Below are positions 1-12,209 of a DNA stretch of 64,000 bases, in pieces. Origin of the DNA: Octopus vulgaris. Its lineage: Eukaryota. The notes under the pieces were generated by a model. That model was not told where the DNA came from. It saw only the letters and a program-made list of their open reading frames with translations, and did no database searches. A program made the translations under genes and the position numbers. Position 1 is the first letter of the stretch, and every line of letters starts with the position of its first letter. Location: the NCBI GenBank assembly GCA_951406725.2, contig OX597816.1, forward strand, positions 7,192,001 through 7,256,000, given 5' to 3'.

Positions 1-142
1 TCTCCAAATAATGAAAAAGTACCACCTGTGGTGCATCTGGCAGATGTGTGAAGTTTGCGATGACCCACTGCTGGTACATCTGGTGGTGAATGTGTTAAGT
101 AATCCTGTTCAAAGACAACAACTTTATTTCGTTGGATGTTGA

Positions 143-421
143 TGCCGGTGGCATGTGTAAAATGATGCTGGTGGCATGTGTAAAAAGATTCGAGCAAGGT
201 CATTGCCAGTACCGCCTGATTGGCCCCGTGCTGGTGGCATGTAAAAAGCACCCACAACACTCTCGGAGTGCTTGGCGTTAGGAAGGGCATCCAGCTGTAG
301 AAACTCTGCCAGATCGAGATTGGAGCCTGGTGCAGCCATCTGGTTCGCCAGTCCTCAGTTAAAATCGTCCAACCCATGCTAGCATGGAAAGCGGACGTTA
401 AACAATGATGATGATGATGAT
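143..421 (+). mobile_element. SINE-like retroposon family F, (GAT)n tail
   Basis: Ends CCATGCTAGCATGGAAAGCGGACGTTAAAC(A/G)ATGATGATG with internal GGTGGCAYGTAAAAAGCACC repeats. Homologous copies at 7170-7460 (+) and ~1798-2110 (-). Confidence 0.8.
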
Positions 422-1207
422 GTTGAATACCTGAGCTATATATTATTGATTTTGTGATTGATTAGTCTGTCTTGGTTGAGTAACTTAGGGAGCAGATGGT
501 TTCTCCCTAAATAGTAATTATCCTGCCAAGGAATCTGTTGACCCCAAAACAATTTAATATTTTCCTGATTGCCATCTTACAAACATTCTAATAATGGCTG
601 GTCACCAAGCTGGATAAGGTGGGGGTCAAACTCATTTCAGTTGTCCTGGTCAGTGTTATTATTTAAGCATTGTAGGGCCATTGTTTTTGGTTGTGTGAGC
701 CATCTGAAAGAATGTAGGATTGTAACGGTCACTTGTTTATCTATCTTGCTGGCTAAATAAAGGGCCACATTTTCTGCTAAGGGCTGTGTGTGGCGATGTA
801 AGGATTTTATTGGAGAAGGGGTTGTGGTGATGAGATAAAGGTTGAACTAAAAGACATTTAAAACTTGGCTTGTTGCTTTGGTTACCTCAACCGTGGTCTG
901 TGCAAAGGTTAGCAACCATTGACCTATTAGCAATGAGGATAGCAATTTTTTAAAATTACACATTAATGATTTCTTTTGGAAACAATCAGTGAAAGAAAAT
1001 TGATTACACATATTTTCATGACAGACTATCATTCTTATGGCGAAAAAATAATCTTTTTAAAGGAAACCCTGCCCCCCAAAAAACTTAATGTTTTTAAAAT
1101 GAGGATCTCTAAACAGCAAAGTCAGTGAATGTTAGTCAGCCATGAGAGTATCAAGATTTTTAACAACAGGAAGAATATATTTGCATGGATATATACATGA
1201 ATATATA

Positions 1208-1717
1208 AAGGCAGCGAGCTGGCACAAATGTTAGCACGTCGGGCGAAATGCTTAGCAGTATTTCGTCTGAATCGACTTAATCCCTTTGTTTGTCCTTGTT
1301 TGTCCCCTCTGTGTTTAGCCCCTTGTGGGTAGTAAAGAAATAGGTATTTCATTAGCCATTACGTTCTGAGTTCAAATTCTGCCGAGGTCAATTTTGCCTT
1401 TCATCCTTTTGGGGTTGATAAATTAAGTACCAGTCATGCACTGGGGTCGATGTAATCGTCTTAATCCCTTTGTCTGTCCTTGTTTGTTCCCTCTGTGTTT
1501 AGCCCCTTGTGGGTAGTAAAGAAATAGGTATTTCATCTGCCGCTACGTTCTGAGTTCAAATTCCGCCGAGGTTAACTTTGCCATTCATCCTCTCAGGGTT
1601 GATAAATTAAGTACCAGTTATGCACTGGGGTCAATGTAATCGACTTAATCCCTTTGTCTGTCCTTGTTTGTCCTCTCTGTGTTTAGCCCCTTGTGGGTAG
1701 TAAAGAAATAGGTATTT
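1208..1717 (+). mobile_element. tRNA-derived SINE family B, tandem form (head, one deleted body, two full 184-bp bodies)
   Basis: Head AAGGCAGCGAGCTGGCA..., B-box GAGTTCAAATTC, body GCCTTTCATCCTTTCGGGGTCGATAAATTAAGTACCAG. Unit starts at 1343, 1527 and 1711. Confidence 0.9.
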
Positions 1718-1797
1718 GCATGGCTATATTTCTGTGAGCAAATGGATGCATGAGATGGACCACTGAATTGACAAATGTGCAATGGATCAAGGCCTTC

Positions 1798-2110
1798 ATC
1801 ATCATCCAACATCCGTTTTTGATGCTGGCATGGGTTGGACAATTTGACAGGAGCTGGTAAGCTGGAATGCTGCGCCAGGCTCCATTTGTCCGTTTTGGCT
1901 TAGTCTCTACAGATGGATACCCTTTCTAACACCAACCACTTTACAGAGTGTACAGGGTGCATTTTACACGGCACAGATAGGGGTGCTTTGTGTGTGGCAG
2001 TGGCACTACACAAATGGCACAGGTATGGCTGTTTTCCATGTGGTATTGACATGGGTGTTTTTATGTGGCACAGACTTGGGCCCTTTTTACATGGTGCCAG
2101 CATGGGTATG
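1798..2110 (-). mobile_element. Family F copy, degenerate
   Basis: TCATCATC...GCTGGCATGGGTTGGAC is the reverse complement of the family F tail. Confidence 0.6.
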
Positions 2111-3291
2111 CTTAAATATCTTGGAACTTTATGAAACAAAAATGATGGGTTTTTAGAAACTGAATCTAAGGAAAAAATTCAAGTAAATCTAAAAATGATA
2201 TTCTGAGAAATGAGTTATTTTGAGACGTATCGAAAGCTCAATATGTACAAATGAAGAAATAGCAAAAAGTAGATTCTTTCTGTTTTAGTCTAAGCACCGG
2301 ATAAGACATTTGACAGGAAAATGAGGATGAAAAGTAGCAGAAAAAGAAAGTGATTTAGGTGTGTTGGTCTGGTGCTGGTCTGAGAATAATAAAGACCGAA
2401 ATATTGTTTGGAATATTTGGACAATAACGAACAATGTAGATTGGAAAGGATCTTTTAAGGCATCTGGTGAAAATAATGGACTTGTTGCAGTCTCATGAGA
2501 CATCTCTAGCAGAATCTGACACACACGCTGACAGATCCATCCATCCGTCTGTCTGTCTGTCTGTCCCTTCCTCCACTCCCCCTACATACTTATTCTTGAA
2601 TTGGAATACAGGAATACTATTGACAGGGAATAAAGAATGTGAAAGAGAAATTATCTGTGAGAAAAACTGGGCAAAGGGTTAGAAATTAACTGGAAATGTT
2701 AATCTGTGATGCAGCCAGGCACCAAAGGAATTCAGGTGGCTCTTAAGGGCCCCAGACATAGTCCAAGTCTCACAACTAGAGAGAAGGACAGGGACAACCA
2801 GAAACCTAAAGTCTCAAACCTTTGTCTTCTTATAACAGATATTGGTAGTGCCAAACCCTTTTGTCCAACAAATCCACAACCACATCAGCTCATCCAAGTG
2901 TTTCCGGGTTCTCAGACTCACAGCTAACACTCCATGAATCTCATGGCTGGGACAAGTGAAACTGCTGATGACTTTGACATTCTCACTCGGAACAGAGTCA
3001 GATAAGATGGAGTCTTCTGAGAAACCAACAAAGGACTGAAACCACTTGGCCTTGGAGACTCTTGGGTCAAGACAAACATGGGGGGAGGACGGATATATAA
3101 TCTAACAAATAGAACTTTTTTTTTCCATTATTGGCACAAGGCCTGAAATGAGGTGAAAGGGGTTTAATGGTTGCTGGTACTTATTGACACCAAAAGGATG
3201 AAAGGCAAAGTCGAGCATGGTGGAATTTGAACTTAGAATGCTAAGAGCTGGAAGAAATGCCGCTAAACATTACTGTTTAAATCTTATTAAT

Positions 3292-3694
3292 GGAATGTGG
3301 CTGTGTGGTAAGTAGCTTGCTTACCAACCACATGGTTCCGGGTTCAGTCCCACTGCGTGGCACCTTGGGCAAGTGTCTTCTACTATAGCCTCGGGCCGAC
3401 CAAAGCCTTGTGAGTGGATTTGGTAGACGGAAACTGAAAGAAGCCCGTCGTATATATGTGTATATATATATGCGTGTGTGTGTTTGTGTGTCTGTGTTTG
3501 TCCCCCTAGCATTGCTTGACAACCGATGCTGGTGTGTTTATGTCCCCATTACTTAGCGGTTTGGCAAAAGAGAGCGATAGAATAAGTACTGGGCTTACAA
3601 AAGAATAAGTCCCGGGGTTGATTTGCTCGATTAAAGGCGGTGCTCCAGCATGGCCGCAGTCAAATGACTGAAACAAGTAAAAGAGTAAAAGAGT
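3292..3694 (+). mobile_element. tRNA-derived SINE family A (internal TA/TG microsatellite, CR1-type tail)
   Basis: A-box TGGCTGTGTGG, B-box GGTTCAGTCCC, CORE-like CCTTGGGCAAGT, tail GGCGGTGCTCCAGCATGGCCGCAGTC..GACTGAAACAAGTAAAAGA. More than 15 copies or half-copies in the window. Confidence 0.9.
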
Positions 3695-4465
3695 ATAGTA
3701 AAAATTAAACTGATCAAGCGTTTATTGAAGTATGGTTGGAGGTAACGGTAAAGCTCAGTTTGGTGCATCTTAGAACTGGGAAGATCTAAGCTTATGCAAA
3801 CAAAGTTGGTGAAGGTTGTGTTAAGTGGAATAAAAGTGAGAGCTATTGGCATTTAGTCTCCACTAATGTGAAGTCATATTAGCGAACTAAATCAATGTTA
3901 TCGATCTGCTGTGATGCAGCAAAGATGTCTGGAGTTGTAATAGCTCACAATAATGCTGATCTTAGTGTGATAGTAATTAGTAATTAGAGTGATATAATCA
4001 TCATTATCACTCTCATTAATTTTCAACAGTGGTATCATAACAAAGCATCAATTATCAAATCTAAAATAAAGCAATGCAGCAAATTGATAACACACGAGTA
4101 ATGCCACTCATCTGATAGTGTTATGGAATTGTTGTTAGAAGTCAACAGGTTTGGCTCTATAATCCCTACAGGGGATTGGCTATATAAGTAATAATAATTG
4201 GAAGATAAGGAAAAAAGATGAAACAAACAAAATGATAATAATTACACCCAGACATGTACACACACACACTCACACTCTTATATAAACATAAAAACATTCA
4301 ATCATATATACAAAAATAAACACTTGTACAGACATATATATATATCATATGTGATGTGTGTGTGCATATATATATATGTATATATATTTATACACACACA
4401 TGCATACACACACACACACACATACACACATATATATATTTATATATATATATATTTAAAAAAGA

Positions 4466-4788
4466 TCACTCCATCGGTTATGAAGAGAAGGGTCCCAGCT
4501 GATATAATCTACGGAACAGCCTGCTCATGAAATTAATGTGCAAGTGGCTGAGCACTCCACAGACACATGTACCCTTTATGTAGTTTTCAGGGAGATTCAG
4601 CGTAACACAGAGTGTGACAAGGCTGGCCCCTTCGAAATACAGGTACAACTCATTTTTGCCAGCTGAGTAGACTGGAGTAATGTGAAATAAAGTGTCTTGC
4701 TCAAGGACACAATGCATCACTGGGAATTGAACTCACAACCTTGTGATTGTGAGCCGAATACCTGAACCACTAGGCCATATGGCTTCAC
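4466..4788 (-). mobile_element. Chimeric tRNA SINE (family G head/core + family C tail)
   Basis: 5' part matches 8956-9100; 3' part matches 6460-6650. Confidence 0.75.
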
Positions 4789-4979
4789 TATATATATATA
4801 TATGAATGTATGTATACATATGTATAGATATATTATGTAAATTATATATATAAGCATAAATACATACATACATGTACATACATATATATGTATATACACA
4901 TGTATATGTGGGTACAGGACGTCAAAAAATGTAAACATGAATTACAAAAAAAAACATGGAAAACGAACTTTTTTTGCGA

Positions 4980-5195
4980 ACAACGAAAGAAACATAGAAA
5001 AACAAGACAAGCAACATAAAAGACAATCTCTTCATCAGTTGTCCACTGTTTTATCTACTCCGTATTTCGAGCATTAGGACAAGATGTGTCTTCGTCAAAA
5101 CAGTTGCCCCTGCAAAGCAAATTAAATAAAATTTGGGATTTGTGGAGGGTCAAAGCTGGTAACAAACACAGAACAGTGAAAACAAACAGGAAGGG
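4980..5195 (-). repeat. Dispersed repeat, probable PLE-derived; second copy at ~42985-43165 (+)
   Basis: Both copies share TGTTTTCACTGT...AAATTTTATTTAATTTGCTTTG...TTTGACGAAGACRCATCTTG...CAACTGA. Confidence 0.65.
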
Positions 5196-5259
5196 ATGTT
5201 AAGCCATATTAAACACCATGCATCCATTCCCAAGCAAGTTTTATCTATCTATATATCTA

Positions 5260-5325
<66 letters not shown>

Positions 5326-5458
5326 GATATACATACATACATACATACATACTTATATATACATAAACAGCTAGGCACAGTATAAAACCACAAATGAAAA
5401 ATTTATCGTCACTAATTGTGACAGAGGGTGCTAAGGCACCTATATTGCAAAAATTAAG

Positions 5459-5483
5459 TTTCCTAAGGTATTTCTCGATGTCG

Positions 5484-5565
<82 letters not shown>

Positions 5566-5610
5566 CATCATCATCATCATCATTATTCTGGTCATTGCCT
5601 GGAATCGAAA
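5459..5610 (-). mobile_element. Partial family D SINE
   Basis: Reverse complement reads TTCGATTCCAGGCAATGACC..(TAA/TGA)n..CATCGAGAAATACCTTAGGAA, matching 7886-8297. Confidence 0.75.
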
Positions 5611-5620
5611 TATTCGTCTG

Positions 5621-6026
5621 TACTCTTTTACTTGTTTCAGTCATTTGACTGTGGCCATGCTGAAGCACTGCCTTTAATCGAGCAAATTGACCCCAGGACT
5701 TATTCTTTGTAAGCCTAGTAATTATTCCTTCGGGCTCTATTTGCTGAACCGCTAAGTTACGGGAGACGTAAACATACCAGCATCAGTTGTCAAGTGATGT
5801 TGGGGTGACAAATATATGCGCACACACACACACATATATATATATACACACACACATATATACGACAAGCTTCTTTCAGTTTCTGTCTACCAAATCCACT
5901 CACAAGGCTTTGGTTGGCCTGAGGCTATAGTAGAAGACACTTTCCCAAGGTGCCACACAGTGGGACTGAACCTGGAACCATGTGGTTCATAAGCAAGCTA
6001 CTTACTACACAGCCACTACTACGCCT
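5621..6026 (-). mobile_element. SINE family A
   Basis: Full-length reverse-complement match to 3292-3694. Confidence 0.9.
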
Positions 6027-6274
6027 ATAGAGTATAACAATACATTTTATTCAACTCTGACTGGAGAGATTTACAAACCATGTTTACGTATCAAATTCAT
6101 CTGTGGATGTTGCTATGGACAGATTATTTCTGAGCCTGCATCGTCCTCATAACTCCCAGAAGCTGAAATTCAGCATCATATTTCACTCGCTTCCAGTTCC
6201 GCTGTACTTCCTCTATCACTCTTTACCAATATAATCAGCTTCAATGTCATCTATTTTTCTATAACATGACCAAT

Positions 6275-6650
6275 GGAGGCGCAATGGCCCAGTGGTTAGA
6301 TCAGCGGTCGTAGGATCGCGGTTTCGATTCCCAGACCAGGCGTTGTGAGTGTTTATTGAGCGAAAACACCTAAAAAGCTCCACGAGGCTCCGGCAGGGGA
6401 TGGTGGTGATCCCTGCTGTACTCTTTCACCACAACTTTCTCTCACTCTTACTTCCTGTTTCTGTTGTACCTGTATTTCAAAGGACCGGCCTTGTCACTCT
6501 CTGTGTCACGCTGAATATACCCGAGAACTGCGTTAAGGGTGCACGTGTCTGTGGAGTGCTCAGCCACTTACACGTTAATTTCACGAGCAGGCTGTTCCGT
6601 TGATCGGATCAACCGGAACCCTCGTCGTCGTAACCGACGGAGTGCTTCCA
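6275..6650 (+). mobile_element. tRNA-derived SINE family C with 11-bp TSD
   Basis: Head GGAGGCGCAATGGCCCAGTGGTTAG, B-box GGTTTCGATTCC; AACATGACCAA on both sides. Confidence 0.92.
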
Positions 6651-6847
6651 ACATGACCAAAGAATTTGATTCTTTGTTTTACAATCAATTTTTTCCGGTG
6701 TATCACCTGTCGCAATATCGATCTATTTTGTCTTTCTGTCCACCATATTCTCAATAATCTCTCAAACTACAATGTCAGTGTAGCCATTATTCGTTTTATC
6801 TTTTTCCTTCATTGTCCAACTTCATCATCCGGTCATCATTATTAGAC

Positions 6848-7085
6848 ATACCTATTTCTTTATTACCCACAAGGGGCTAAACATAGAGGGGACAAACATG
6901 GACAGACATAGGTATTAAGTCGATTACATCGACCCCAGTGCTTCACTGGTACTTAATTTATCGACCCTGAAAGGATGAAAGGCAAAGTCGACCTCGGCGG
7001 AATTTGAACTCACAACGTAACGGCAGCCGAAATACCGCTAAGCATTTCGCCTGACGTGCTAACGATTCTGCCAGCTCGCTGCCTT
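6848..7085 (-). mobile_element. SINE family B monomer
   Basis: Reverse complement of head plus one body. Confidence 0.9.
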
Positions 7086-7169
7086 TTATTAGTCATACCA
7101 TCCATGCAGCTTAACAATCTTTCTTTTTCTTCTTTGTTCTGATCATTTATCGTTCATAATTTTATTGTT

Positions 7170-7460
7170 CGAACGTGGCCGTTGCCAGCGCCGCCCCGAC
7201 TGGCCTCGTGCCAGTGGCACGTAAAAAGCACCATCCGTTCGTGGCCGTTTGCCAGACTCATCTGGCACCTGTGCCGGTGACACGTAAAAAGCACCCACTA
7301 CACTCTCGGAGTGGCTGGCGTTAGGAAGGGCATCCAGCCGTAGAAACACTGCCAGATCAAACTGGGCCTGGTGCAGCCTTCTGGCTTCCCAGACCCCGGT
7401 CGAACCGTCCAACCCATGCTAGCATGGAAAGCGGACGCTAAACGATGATGATGATGATGA
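7170..7460 (+). mobile_element. Family F copy
   Basis: Matches 143-421; (GAT)n tail. Confidence 0.85.
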
Positions 7461-7905
7461 TCTCTTCAAAATCTATCTTCCTTTTAATTCCATTTTGGTG
7501 TCTCCCATTTCTTTTAACCATAGATTAAAAAAAAAAAGACCAGAAAAGATCAAAACAAAACTAATTCACTTAATTCAAGATTGAAGACCGTTCTGTTTCT
7601 GTTCTGAAATTCTTTTACAATTCAAGTTGTTATTGCTGTGCAAGTTGTTTTTTTTTCATTTATAGTTTCAATCCAGCCATGCCACTTTCAACTTTCCTTT
7701 TCTCCAGTATTTTTTCTCGGAACTTCTCAATTGTTCAGTTCTAGATTTAAGAGAAAAGGAATTATTTACATTATTTACATTATTTACATTTGGCAGATAT
7801 TTGGCCTTATCTGACCCCTACGCCATATGCCCATGGGCATATGGCGTAGTGGTTAAGGGCGTGGGCTACTAACACCTAGATTCCGAGTTCGATTCCAGGC
7901 AGTGA

Positions 7906-7965
<60 letters not shown>

Positions 7966-7984
7966 TAATAATAATGATAATAAT

Positions 7985-8195
7985 ATTCAGACAAATACAT
8001 AACAAAAACACCAGGACTTACAAACACATATAACATACAGAAAATTGCACTACTAGGCACTGCACACATCCTACGCAGAACACTTTCCATACAATAACCA
8101 TCAGAGCATCACAACAAATCACAGCACATACCCAAGGCACACAGAGCTGTGCTCGGTAGTGAAGTGAAAGCACGCTATAAAAATAAAACTACTAT
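7985..8195 (+). mobile_element. R4/Dong-clade non-LTR element 3' end inserted in (TAA)n
   Basis: Translates YSDKYITKTPGLTNTYNIQKIALLGTAHILRRTLSIQ* followed by a 3'UTR. Near-identical copy at 47984-48240. Confidence 0.85.
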
Positions 8196-8201
8196 ATAAT
8201 G

Positions 8202-8264
<63 letters not shown>

Positions 8265-8325
8265 TAACAACAACAACATCGAAAAATACCTTAGGAATGA
8301 GAACCCAGGTTCGAAATTTCCCCAA

Positions 8326-8371
8326 GACACCCGATGAAGGCTGGAGGGTATATCAGCTGAAACGTTGTGTT
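8326..8371 (+). ncRNA. Minimal type I hammerhead-like motif (U4C in this copy)
   Basis: GACAC-CCGAUGA-A-GGCUG/CAGCU-GAAA-CG-UU-GUGUU; stem I GACAC/GUGUU. Confidence 0.6.
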
Positions 8372-8554
8372 AACAACAAACAAGATGAGGAGAAATATCC
8401 GTCAAATGTAAATAATGTAAATAATGTAAATTATGTAAATAATGTTCTCAATTGTTCGTTAACAAGGTTGCATCATGTGCCTATCCTATATTGCTATCAC
8501 CTGTCTGTCTTGTATTACTACTGTCTGCCTGTCACACACTCGCACCCACACACA

Positions 8555-8755
<201 letters not shown>

Positions 8756-8818
8756 TTCACTACTGCCCACAAGGGGCTAAACACAGAGGGACAAACGGTT
8801 TGCCAGCTCGCCGCCTTA

Positions 8819-8850
<32 letters not shown>

Positions 8851-8886
8851 ATGTATATATATATATATGTGTGTATGTATATATAT

Positions 8887-8936
<50 letters not shown>

Positions 8937-8955
8937 TGTGTGTGTGTGTGTGTGT

Positions 8956-9215
8956 GGAGGTGTGTGGCTTAATGGTTAGGGTGTCAGCATCATGATCGTA
9001 AGATTGTGGTTTCGATTCCTGGACCGGGCAACGCGTTGTGTTCTTGAGCAAAACACTCCATTTCACGTTGCTCCAGTCCACTCAGCTGGCAAAAATGAGT
9101 AACGTTGCGATGGACTGGCGTCCAGTCCAGCTGGGGGGGGGGGGGACACGTACGCCTTTGAAACCGGGAAACCGGGCCCATGAGCTTGGCTAGGCTTTAA
9201 AAAGGGGCACATTTA
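8956..9215 (+). mobile_element. tRNA-derived SINE family G
   Basis: A-box TGGCTTAATGG, B-box GGTTTCGATTCC, core TTGTGTTCTTGAGCAAAACAC...GCTGGCAAAAATGAGT, then GCGATGGACTGGCGTCC...GAAACCGGG. Confidence 0.8.
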
Positions 9216-9216
9216 T

Positions 9217-9248
<32 letters not shown>

Positions 9249-9697
9249 ACACACACACATATATAAATACATGCATACATACACACACACACACACACAT
9301 ATATATATACATACATACATACATACATACATACATACATACATACATACATACATACCATATATACATATGGATGAGAAAATAATTTCTATCACACGAG
9401 TAGAAGTAAAAATAGATGAAGTTAAAAATGCAATTGTTATTAATAAGAAGATTCATTTACATTTACTTCACCGGTTTCACAATTTCACGATTTTCAAAAA
9501 TAATGTGAGAGGGAGGGATGAGAAGCTATGCTATAACCTAAGTCTCTGATCAGGGTTTGAAAATTTGCTTCTTTTATGGAGAAGTTATGGTTGAAATTAC
9601 CATGATTAAAATCACAGCTTCATTGGTTGAAGAAGATCATGAGGTGTGACATAGAATTTGAATAGTAATCTGGGCTGTCCGCCTATTAGGGTCCAAG

Positions 9698-9928
9698 CGT
9701 GGCTGTGTGGTAGAAGTTTGCTTTCTAACCTTGTGGTTCTAGGTTCAATCCCATGCAATGGCACGTTGAACAAATGTCTTCTACTATAGCCTCAGACTGA
9801 GTAAAGCCCTGTGAGTAGATTTGGTAGACGGAAACCGAAAGAAGCCTATTGAATATATATATATATATATATACATACACACATGTATGATTACATGTAT
9901 ATATGTATATATATACGTATGTATGCGC

Positions 9929-9986
<58 letters not shown>

Positions 9987-10358
9987 TAGCGTCAGAAATT
10001 AATCAGCACTTCTCAAATTTCTACAATAAATAGGTTAAATCAATTAACCTATGAGCTGTTCAAAACGTCTAACGCGATGAGAAAACTTAGTATGGTGTGA
10101 TTTCGGTCCTTGCGAGGCGCTACCTATATCTATTAAACAAAGGAAGATTTGTCTGCATCCGCACTCCAAGTTGTTGCACTGCTATGTCAACATCATAAGG
10201 CTTGTAGACTCTCAAACTGCTCTGCAAACAAAGTTACGTCATCGTTCTGCGCAACAGTGAACTCGCAACAAAGCAATAGTTCGATATATGGCCACTAGGT
10301 GACAGCATATACCTTGAGTGAAGAGCAAATCAAGGGTGCTAATTAATTTCTGACGGTA

Positions 10359-10422
<64 letters not shown>

Positions 10423-10652
10423 GCGTGTGTGTGTGCATGTCTTTCTGTATGTTTGTCCCCCACCACTACTTGACAAATGGTGTTGGTGTGTTTACGTCCC
10501 TGTAACTTGGGAGTTCAGCAAAAGAGACCAATAGAATAAGTACCAGACTTTACAAAAAAGGGATAAGTGTTGGGGTTGATTCGTTCGACTAAAAATTCTT
10601 CAAGGTGGTGCCCCAGCATGACCAGTCTAATGACTGAAACAAGTAAAAGAGA
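9698..10652 (+). mobile_element. SINE family A split by a MITE
   Basis: 5' half 9698-9850 and 3' half 10430-10652 lie either side of the MITE. Confidence 0.8.
9984..10361. mobile_element. Tc1/mariner-type MITE in (TA)n
   Basis: TIRs CACTAGCGTCAGAAATTAATCAGCAC and GTGCTAATTAATTTCTGACGGTAGTG, flanked by TA. Confidence 0.85.
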
Positions 10653-11436
10653 AAAGAACGTTGTGCAAAGACAGAAGTCAATGTACAACATCCGAAAGGT
10701 CTGGGATATAATGGTGTGGTTGTTAAAATTGCTCATTTGAAAACCGCTTCTTCCAATCGATAGAAAGCGGTTTCAAATACTGTGGAAGATACAAAACGGT
10801 TTATTCTTTCTTAGCTTCATTTTGGTTTTGTATATAGCGACAGGAAATCCTGTATTGGACAGTTATTCGAAACATCACTGAATGATTTATTCAATGTTTC
10901 GTATATCGGAGGTGACGAATTCTCGTCCAAACACGTGACCGGTTGTGAGTACGTCATTGAAAAGGCCCCAAACAGAGCGAAATGCATCTGTTGTTCTGGC
11001 TGGTCACTGTTGGGGAAAATTTATGTCTCCTTCAGATATTTATTGTGTTTTTAACACAATGCGTCCGCAAGAGATGTTATCTCAGGATAAATATCGCAGT
11101 AAATTTGTCTATCAACGGTGTATATACATTAATTATGACATATAGATAGATATCGGGAAATAGTTATATTTTATAAGAAATATATTAACTGTTTAGATTG
11201 TTTGATGCTGTCGTTTGATTAGGGGAATAAATATAAAGCAAACATCATAAAATAATAACAGTTGTACTGTAAGTTGCATAAATAAAGCTTCATTCAACCG
11301 TGGATAGAAACGCTTGAATGAATATACATGTGCGTATGTGTATTTATGTGTGAGTATATATATATATATACATACACACGCACGTACACAAGTGCAAGCA
11401 TACACATAGATAATAATATATACATACATGTGTGTG

Positions 11437-11479
<43 letters not shown>

Positions 11480-11496
11480 ATGTATATATGTATATA

Positions 11497-11547
<51 letters not shown>

Positions 11548-11581
11548 AAATAAGGATTCAAATAGAATCAGATACTTGAAA

Positions 11582-11651
<70 letters not shown>

Positions 11652-11995
11652 TTTAAACAAAACAAGACAACAAAGCCAAGACTGTGCGGAATTTTCAGGA
11701 CATTTATAAAGAGAGACTTAGTCTTACAGCTGTTTCTGGGATATTAGGGATATCCCTTCATCAGAGACGATGTGTGATGGCTAGAGTTTAATATGAGGAT
11801 TTATTTTGGGAAAGGATGGAAATAAGGAGTATATAGGGAAATAGGAGAATGAATGTAGAAATAAAAATAAAAATGTATAAAAATGTTATAGTTGCAGTTC
11901 CATTGTCCCCGAAACAGCTGTAAGACAAAATTTCTCTTTATAAATGTCCTGGAAATTCCACACAGCCTTGGCTTTGTAGTCTCATTTTATTTAAC
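11652..11995. mobile_element. PLE-derived inverted pLTR-like repeat
   Basis: 11652-11740 and 11907-11995 are inverted copies (GAAACAGCTGTAAGAC..CTCTTTATAAATGTCCTG..TTGGCTTTG). Confidence 0.65.
11721..11768 (-). ncRNA. Minimal type I hammerhead ribozyme (PLE pLTR type)
   Basis: Reverse complement: GUCU-CUGAUGA-A-GGGAUA(UCCCUAA)UAUCCC-A-GAAA-C-AGCU-G-UA-AGAC. All core nucleotides present, stem I GUCU/AGAC, palindromic loop III. Confidence 0.8.
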
Positions 11996-12136
11996 TTATA
12001 CATGCTCATACAAGACTTGCTTTAGACTCCTCACTCGTGTTATTATCGAACCGAGAGTTTAACTACGGTCCTCCCATAGCACTTACATAGACTTTACCTG
12101 CCACCTTGGGTCTTCTGGATACTAATACCTCTCATA

Positions 12137-12209
<73 letters not shown>

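Larger units (their letters stand above)
6040..7740 (-). mobile_element. Highly decayed RTE-clade LINE 3' fragment interrupted by three SINEs
   Basis: Minus-strand translation near 6700-6830 resembles the RTE C-terminal motif (SWTMKEKDK...RLLRIWWTE..N.SIL). Confidence 0.45.
7836..8445 (+). mobile_element. tRNA-headed SINE family D with PLE-type hammerhead-like tail
   Basis: A-box TGGCGTAGTGG, B-box GAGTTCGATTCC, internal (TAA)n, hammerhead-like motif at 8326-8371, tail (AATGTAAAT)n. Confidence 0.8.

Noticed and set aside
440-1020. Possible decayed PLE GIY-YIG fragment (also ~3700-3860)
   Set aside because: Only faint motif resemblance; not supportable without an HMM search.
2285-2524. 79-aa minus-strand ORF as a host exon
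   Set aside because: Weak acceptor and no recognisable homology.
6275-6345. tRNA genes at SINE heads (also 7836, 8956, 54071)
   Set aside because: The cloverleaves are incomplete or distorted and run directly into SINE bodies.
10817-11006. Possible terminal exon on the minus strand (DQPEQQMHFALF..LYTKPK*)
   Set aside because: Plausible acceptor, but short, with no recognisable domain and no link to other exons.
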